DNA of 64,000 nt from Eledone cirrhosa (Eukaryota). How positions within the stretch are numbered: the first letter of the stretch is position 1; every line of letters starts with the position of its first letter. The position numbers and the translations under genes are program-made. The stretch lies in the NCBI GenBank assembly GCA_964016885.1, contig OZ024741.1, positions 376,030,001 through 376,094,000 of the forward strand, written 5' to 3'. The notes under the pieces are model-generated. The model did not search any database. It saw only the letters and a program-made list of their open reading frames with translations, and was not told where the DNA came from. This document shows, piece after piece, positions 55,201 to 64,000 of this stretch.

Positions 55201-58200
55201 GGAACAACACAGTAGACGTGGACAGTGGGGAACAACACAGTAGAGGTGGACAGTGGGGAACAACACAGTAGACGTGGACAGTGAGGATCAACACAGTAGA
55301 CGTGGACAGTGGGGAACAACACAGTAGACGTGGACAGTGGGGAACAACACAGTAGACATGGACAGTGGGGAACAACACAGTAGACGTGGACAGTGGGGAA
55401 CAACACAGTAGACGTGGACAGTGGGGAACAACACAGTAGACGTGGACAGTGGGGAACAACACAGTAGACGTGGACAGTGGGGAACAGCACAGTAGACGTG
55501 GACAGTGGGGAACAACACAGTAGACGTGGACAGTGGGGAACAACACAGTAGACGTGGACAGTGGGGGAACAACACAGTAGACGTGGACAGTGAGGTACAA
55601 CACAGTAGACGTGGACAGTGGGGAACAACACAGTAGACGTGGACAGTAGGGAACAACACAGTAGACGTGGACAGTGGGGAACAACACAGTAGACGTGGAC
55701 AGTGGGGGAACAACACAGTAGACGTGGACAGTGAGGTACAACACAGTAGACGTGGACAGTGGGGAACAACACAGTAGACGTGGACAGTAGGGAACAACAC
55801 AGTAGACGTGGACAGTGGGGAACAACACAGTAGACGTGGACAGTGGGGGAACAACACAGTAGACGTGGACAGTGAGGAAAAACACAGTAGAGGTGGACAG
55901 TGGGGAACAACACAGTAGACGTGGACAGTGAGGAACAACACAGTAGACGTGGACAGTGGGGAACAACACAGTAGACGTGGATAGTGGGGAACAACCCAGT
56001 AGACGTGGACAGTGGGGAACAACACAGTAGACGTGGACAGTGGGGAACAACACAGTAGACGTGGACAGTGGGGAACAACACAGTAGACGTGGATAGTGGG
56101 GAACAACCCAGTAGACGTGGACAGTGGGGAACAACACAGTAGACGTGGATAGTGGGGAACAACCCAGTAGACGTGGACAGTGGGGAACAACACAGTAGAG
56201 GTGGACAGTGGGGAACAACACAGTAGACGTGGACAGTGGGGAACAACACAGTAGACGTGGACAGTGAGGAACAACACATTAGAGGTGGACAGTGGGGAAC
56301 AACACAGTAGAGGTGGACAGTGGGGAACAACACAGTAGACGTGGACAGTGAGGAACAACACATTAGAGGTGGACAGTGGGGAACAACACAGTAGAGGTGG
56401 ACAGTGGGGAACAACACAGTAGACGTGGACTGTGAGGAACAACACAGTAGACGTGGACAGTGAGGAACAACACAGTAGACGTGGACAGTGGGGAACAACA
56501 CAGTAGACGTGGACAGTGGGGAACAACACAGTAGACGTGGACAGTGGGGAACAACACAGTAGACGTGGACAGTGAGGAACAACACAGTAGACGTGGACAG
56601 TGGGGAACAACACAGTAGACGTGGACAGTGGGGAACAACACAGTAGACGTGGACAGTGGGGAACAACACAGTAGAGGTGGACAATGGGGAACAACACAGT
56701 AGACGTGGACAGTGGGGAACAACACAGGAGACGTGGACAGTGGGGGACAACACAGTAGACGTGGACAGTGAGGAACAACACGGTAGACGTTGACAGTGGG
56801 GGACAACACAGTAGACGTGGACGGTGGGGGACAACACAGAAGACGTGGACAGTGAGGAACAACACAGAAGACGTGAACAGTGGGGAACAACACAGTAGAG
56901 GTGGACAGTGGGGAACAACACAGTAGACGTGGACAGTGGGGAACAACACAGTAGACGTGGACAGTGAGGAACAACACAGTAGAGGTGGACAGTGGGGAAC
57001 AACACAGTAGAGGTGGACAGTGAGGAACAACACAGTAGACGTGGACAGTGAGGAACAACACAGTAGACGTGGACAGTGAGGAACAACACAGTAGACGTGG
57101 ACAGTGAGGAACAACACAGTAGACGTGGACAGTGAGGAACAACACAGTAGAGGTGGACAGTGGGGAACAACACAGTAGACGTGGACAGTGGGGAACAACA
57201 CAGTAGACGTGGACAGTGAGGAACAACACAGTAGAGGTGGACAGTGGGGAACAACACAGTAGAGGTGGACAGTGAGGAACAACACAGTAGACGTGGACAG
57301 TGAGGAACAACACAGTAGACGTGGACAGTGAGGAACAACACAGTAGACGTGGACAGTGAGGAACAACACAGTAGACGTGGACAGTGAGGAACAACACAGT
57401 AGAGGTGGACAGTGGGGAACAACACATTAGAGGTGGACAGTGGGGAACAACACAGTAGACGTGGACAGTGGGGAACAACACAGTAGACGTGGACAGTGGG
57501 GAACAACACAGTAGACGTGGACAGTGAGGAACAACACAGTAGACGTGGACAGTGAGGAACAACACAGTAGACGTGGACAGTGGGGAACAACACAGTAGAC
57601 GTGGACAGTGAGGAACAACACAGTAGACGTGGACAGTGAGGAACAACACAGTAGACGTGGACAGTGAGGAACAACACAGTAGACGTGGACAGTGGGGAAC
57701 AACACAGTAGACGTGGACAGTGGGGAACAACACAGTAGACGTGGACAGTGGGGAACAACACAGTAGACGTGGACAGTGGGGACCAACACAGTAGACGTGG
57801 ACAGTGGGGAACAACACAGTAGACGTGGACAGTGGGGAACAACACAGTAGAGGTGGACAGTGGGGAACAACACAGTAGACGTGGACAGTGGGGAACAACA
57901 CAGTAGACGTGGACAGTGAGGAACAACACAGTAGACGTGGACAGTGAGGAACAACACGGTAGACGTTGACAGTGAGGAACAACACAGTAGACGTGGACAT
58001 TGGGGAACAACACAGTAGACCTGGACAGTGAGGAACAACACGGTCGACGTTGACAGTGAGGAACAACACAGTAGACGTGGACAGTGGGGAACAACACAGT
58101 AGACGTGGACTGTGAGGAACAACACAGTAGACGTGGACAGTGAGGAACAACACAGTAGACGTGGACAGTGGGGAACAACACAGTAGACGTGGACAGTGGG

Positions 58201-61200
58201 GAACAACACAGTAGACGTGGACAGTGGGGAACAACACAATAGAGGTGGACAGTGGGGAACAACACAGTAGACGTGGACAGTGAGGATCAACACAGTAGAC
58301 GTGGACAGTGAGGATCAACACAGTAGAGGTGGACAGTAGGGAACAACACAGTAGACGTGGACAGTGGGGAACAACACAGTAGACGTGGACAGTGGGGAAC
58401 AACACAGTAGACGTGGACAGTGGGGAACAACACAGTAGACGTGGACAGTGGGGAACAACACAGTAGACGTGGACAGTGGGGAACAACACAGTAGACGTGG
58501 ACAGTGGGGAGCAACACAGTAGACGTGGACAGTGGGGGAACAACACAGTAGACGTGGACAGTGAGGTACAACACAGTAGACGTGGACAGTGGGGGAACAA
58601 CACAGTAGACGTGGACAGTGAGGTACAACACAGTAGACGTGGACAGTGGGGAACAACACAGTAGACGTAGACAGTAGGGAACAACACAGTAGACGTGGAC
58701 AGTGGGGAACAACACAGTAGACGTGGACAGTGAGGAACAACACAGTAGACGTGGACAGTGGGGAACAACACAGTAGACGTGGATAGTGGGTTACAACCCA
58801 GTAGACGTGGACAGTGGGGGACAACACATCAGACGTGGACAGTGAGGAACAACACAGTAGAGGTGGACAGTGGGGAACAACACAGTAGACGTGGACAGTG
58901 AGGAACAACACAGTAGACGTGGACAGTGGGGAACAGCACAGTAGACGTGGATAGTGGGGAACAACCCAGTAGATGTGGACAGTGGGGAACAACACAGTAG
59001 ACGTGGACAGTGGGGAACAACACAGTAGAGGTGGACAGTGGGGAACAACCCAGTAGACGTGGACAGTGAGGAACAACACAGTAGAGGTGGACAGTGGGGA
59101 ACAACACAGTAGAGGTGGGCAGTGAGGAACACAGTAGACGTGGACAGTGGGGAACAACACAGTAGACGTGGACAGTGAGGAACAACACAGTAGACGTGGA
59201 TAGTGGGGAACAACACAGTAGACGTGGACAGTGAGGAACAACACAGTAGACGTGGACAGTGAGGAACAACACAGTAGACGTGGACAGTGGGGAACAACAC
59301 AGTAGACGTGGACAGTGGGGAACAACACAGTAGACGTGGATAGTGGGGAACAACCCAGTAGACGTGGACAGTGGGGAACAACACAGTAGAGGTGGACAGT
59401 GTGGAACAACACAGTAGACGTGGACAGTGGGGAACAACACAGTAGGGGTGGACAGTGAGGAACAACACAGTAGACGTGGACAGTGGGGAACAACCCAGTA
59501 GACGTGGACAGTGAGGAACAACACAGTAGACGTGGACAGTGGGGAACAACACAGTAGGCGTGGACAGTGGGGAACAACACAGTAGACGTGGACAGTGAGG
59601 AACAACACAGTAGAGGTGGACAGTGAGGAACAACACAGTAGACGTGGACAGTGAGGAACAACACAGTAGACGTGGACAGTGAGGAACAACACAGTAGACG
59701 TGGACAGTGAGGAACAACACAGTAGAGGTGGACAGTGAGGAACAACACAGTAGACGTGGACAGTGAGGAACAACACAGTAGACGTGGACAGTGGGGAACA
59801 ACCCAGTAGACGTGGACAGTGAGGAACAACACAGTAGACGTGGACAGTGAGGAACAACACAGTAGACGTGGACAGTGGGGAACAACACAGTAGACGTGGA
59901 CAGTGGGGAACAACACAGTAGAGGTGGACAGTGAGGAACAACACAGTAGAGGTGGACAGTGAGGAACAACACAGTAGAGGTGGACAGTGAGGAACAACAC
60001 AGTAGAGTAGGACAGTGAGGAACAACACAGTAGACGTGGACAGTGGGGAACAATACAGTAGACGTGGACAGTGAGGAACAACACAGTAGAGGTGGACAGT
60101 GAGGAACAACACAGTAGAGTAGGACAGTGAGGAACAACACAGTAGACGTGGACAGTGAGGAACAACACAGTAGACGTGGACAGTGAGGAACAACACAGTA
60201 GAGGTGGACAGTGGGGAACAACATAGTAGACGTGGACAGTGGGGAACAACACAGTAGACGTGGACAGTGGGGAACAACACAGTAGACTTGGACAGTGAGG
60301 AACAACACAGTAGACGTGGACAGTGGGGAACAACAAAGTAGACGTGGACAGTGGGGAGCAACACAGTAGACGTGGACAGTGAGGAACAACACAGTAGACG
60401 TGGACAGTGGGGAACAACACAGTAGACGTGGACAGTGGGGAACAACACAGTAGACGTGGACAGTGGGGAACAACACAGTAGACGTGGACAGTGGGGAACA
60501 ACACAGTAGACGTGGACAGTGGGGAACAACACAGTAGACATGGACAGTGAGGAACAACACAGTAGAGGTGGACAGTGAGGAACAACACAGTAGAGGTGGA
60601 CAGTGGGGAAAAACACAGTAGACGTGGACAGTGAGGAACAACACAGTAGACGTGGACAGTGGGGAACAACACAGTAGACGTGGACAGTGGGGAACAACAC
60701 AGTAGACGTGGACAGTGAGGAACAACACAGTAGACGTGGACAGTGGGGAACAACACAGTAGACGTGGACAGTGGGGAACAACACAGTAGACGTGGACAGT
60801 GAGGAACAACACAGTAGAGGTGGACAGTGAGGAACAACACAGTAGAGTAGGACAGTGAGGAACAACACAGTAGAGGTGGACAGTGTGGAACAACACAGTA
60901 GACGTGGACAGTGGGGAACAACACAGTAGACGTGGACAGTGAGGAACAACACAGTAGACGTGGACAGTGAGGAACAACACAGTAGACGTGGACAGTGGGG
61001 AACAACACAGTAGACGTGGACAGTGGGGAACAACACAGTAGACGTGGACAGTGAGGAACAACACAGTAGACGTGGACAGTGAGGAACAACACAGTAGACG
61101 TGGACAGTGGGGAACAACACAGTAGACGTGGACAGTGGGGAACAACACAGTAGACGTGGACAGTGGGGAACAACACAGTAGACGTGGACAGTGAGGAACA

Positions 61201-64000
61201 ACACAGTAGACGTGGACAGTGGGGAACAACACAGTAGACGTGGACAGTGGGGAACAACACAGTAGACGTGGACAGTGAGGAACAACACAGTAGACGTGGA
61301 CAGTGGGGAACAACACAGTAGACGTGGACAGTGGGGAACAACACAGTAGACGTGGACAGTGTGGAACAACACAGTAGACGTGGACAGTGGGGAACAACAC
61401 AGTAGACGTGGACAGTGAGGAACAACACAGTAGACGTGGATAGTGGGGAACAACACAGTAGACGTGGACAGTGAGGAACAACACAGTAGACGTGGACAGT
61501 GGGGAACAACACAGTAGACGTGGACAGTGAGGAACAACACAGTAGACGTGGACAGTGGGGAACAACACAGTAGACGTGGACAGTGAGGAACAACACAGTA
61601 GACGTGGATAGTGGGGAACAACACAGTAGACGTGGACAGTGAGGAACAACACAGTAGACGTGGACAGTGGGGAACAACACAGTAGACGTGGACAGTGAGG
61701 AACAACACAGTAGACGTGGATAGTGGGGAACAACACAGTAGACGTGGACAGTGAGGAACAACACAGTAGACGTGGACAGTGGGGAACAACACAGTAGACG
61801 TGGACAGTGAGGAACAACACAGTAGACGTGGATAGTGGGGAACAACACAGTAGACGTGGACAGTGGGGAACAACACAGTAGAGGTGGACAGTGAGGAACA
61901 ACACAGTAGAGGTGGACAGTGAGGAACAACACAGTAGAGGTGGACAGTGTGGAACAACACAGTAGAGGTGGACAGTGAGGAACAACACAGTAGAGTAGGA
62001 CAGTGAGGAAGAACACAGTAGACGTGGACAGTGAGGAACAACACAGTAGACGTGGACAGTGGGGAACAACACAGTAGACGTGGACAGTGGGGAACAACAC
62101 AGTAGACGCGGACAGTGGGGAACAACACAGTAGACGTGGACAGTGGGGAACAACACAGTAGAGGTGGACAGTGGGGAACAACACAGTAGACGTGGACAGT
62201 GGGGAACAACACAGTAGACGTGGACAGTGGGGAACAACACAGTAGACGTGGACAGTGGGGAACAACACAGTAGACGTGGACAGTGGGGAACAACACAGTA
62301 GACGGGACAGTGGGGAACAACCCAGTAGACGTGGACAGTGGGGAACAACACAGTAGACGTGGACAGTGAGGAACAACACAGTAGACGTGGACAGTGGGGA
62401 ACAACTCAGTAGACGTGGACAGTGGGGAACAACACAGTAGACGTGGACAGTGGGGAACAACACAGTAGAGGTGGACAGTGAGGAACAACACAGTAGACGT
62501 GGACAGTGGGGAACAACACAGTAGACGTGGACAGTGAGGAACAACGCAGTAGAGGTGGACAGTGAGGAACAACACAGTAGAGGTGGACAGTGGGGAACAA
62601 CACAGTAGACGTGGACAGTGAGGAACAAAACAGTAGACGTGGACAGTGAGGAACAACACAGTAGAGGTGGACAGTGGGGAACAACACAGTAGACGTGGAC
62701 AGTGGGGAACAACACAGTAGACGTGGACAGTGGGGAACAACACAGTAGACTTGGACAGTGGGGAACAACACAGTAGACGTGGACAGTGGGGAACAACACA
62801 GTAGACGTGGACAGTGAGGAACAACACAGTAGAGGTGGACAGTGAGGAACAACACAGTAGAGGTGGACAGTGGGGAACAACACAGTAGACGTGGACAGTG
62901 GGGAACAACACAGTAGACGTGGACAGTGGGGAACAACACAGTAGACGTGGACAGTGAGGAACAACACAGTAGACGTGGACAGTGGGGAACAACACAGTAG
63001 ACTTGGACAGTGGGGAACAACACAGTAGACGTGGACAGTGAGGAACAACACAGTAGAGGTGGACAGTGAGGATCAACACAGTAGAGTAGGACAGTGAGGA
63101 ACAACACAGTAGACGTGGACAGTGAGGAACAACACAGTAGACGTGGACAGTGAGGAACAACACAGTAGAGGTGGACAGTGGGGAACAACACAGTAGAGGT
63201 GGACAGTGGGGAACAACACAGTAGACGTGGACAGTGAGGAACAACACAGTAGACGTGGACAGTGAGGAACAACACAGTAGAGGTGGACAGTGGGGAACAA
63301 CACAGTAGACGTGGACAGTGGGGAACAACACAGTAGACGTGGACAGTGGGGAACAACACAGTAGACTTGGACAGTGGGGAACAACACAGTAGACGTGGAC
63401 AGTGGGGAACAACACAGTAGACGTGGACAGTGAGGAACAACACAGTAGAGGTGGACAGTGAGGAACAACACAGTAGAGGTGGACAGTGGGGAACAACACA
63501 GTAGACGTGGACAGTGGGGAACAACACAGTAGACGTGGACAGTGGGGAACAACACAGTAGACGTGGACAGTGAGGAACAACACAGTAGACGTGGACAGTG
63601 GGGAACAACACAGTAGACGTGGACAGTGAGGAACAACACAGTAGACGTGGACAGTGGGGAACAACACAGTAGAGGTGGACAGTGAGGATCAACACAGTAG
63701 AGTAGGACAGTGAGGAACAACACAGTAGACGTGGACAGTGGGGAACAACACCATAGAAGTGGACAGTGGGGAACAACACAGTAGACGTGGACAGTGGGGC
63801 ACAACACAGTAGACGTGGACAGTGGGGAACAACACAGTAGACGTGGACAGTGAGGAACAACACAGTAGACGTGGACAGTGGGGAACAACACAGTAGACGT
63901 GGACAGTGAGGAATAACACAGTAGAGGTGGACAGTGAGGATCAACACAGTAGAGTAGGACAGTGAGGAACAACACAGTAGACGTAGACAGTGAGGAACAA

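Larger units (their letters stand above)
9353..64000. repeat. 28-bp satellite array, about 1,950 monomers, open at the right edge; consensus AACAACACAGTAGACGTGGACAGTG[G/A]GG
   Basis: Continuous head-to-tail 28-nt periodicity over 54.6 kb in a single orientation. Consensus is 54% GC and 71% purine on +. No foreign insertions seen. Confidence 0.99.

Noticed and set aside
9328-63975. Giant Cys/His-rich minus-strand ORFs (up to 2080 aa) with a 28-aa period reminiscent of C2H2 zinc fingers or metallothioneins
   Set aside because: A stop-free 28-nt unit automatically gives the same 28-aa repeat in all three frames. There is no C-x2/4-C-x12-H-x3-H pattern or TGEKP linker, the consensus has no ATG, and stop-creating and frameshifting variants are freely amplified.
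9353-64000. CRISPR array (28-bp repeat length)
   Set aside because: Repeats are contiguous with no unique spacers, no cas genes are present, and the context is eukaryotic.
9353-64000. RAG/Transib RSS-like heptamers (CACAGTA, GACAGTG) and HIF/G-box-like ACGTG in every monomer
   Set aside because: The heptamers are imperfect, there is no ACAAAAACC nonamer at 12/23 spacing, and such short matches are expected by chance.

Overview
This is eukaryotic, AT-rich, essentially non-coding DNA, with no credible intact gene, rRNA, tRNA or CRISPR. The dense (TA)n/(CA)n tracts and the SINE family resemble Octopus/cephalopod repeats; that is my recollection, not database-verified. The window has two parts. 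(1) Positions 1-9352 are a mosaic of microsatellites and mobile-element relics: five tRNA-type SINE copies plus a SINE tail remnant, a rearranged mariner with three TIRs and transposase fragments, a Tc1/mariner-type MITE and a hAT/Charlie-type MITE with an 8-bp TSD. This part also holds a 52-bp near-perfect inverted repeat (6346-6455) whose right arm folds into a type I hammerhead ribozyme (6399-6449), probably from a Penelope-like pLTR or retrozyme. (2) Positions 9353-64000 are one uninterrupted, open-ended array of about 1,950 copies of a 28-bp satellite (AACAACACAGTAGACGTGGACAGTG[G/A]GG). It has nested higher-order duplications (8,205 bp x2, about 4.35 kb x2, 2,967 bp x about 3, 392/364 bp) and variant-defined domains. 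The giant Cys-rich minus-strand ORFs in the ORF track arise because the repeat unit has no stop codon on that strand.
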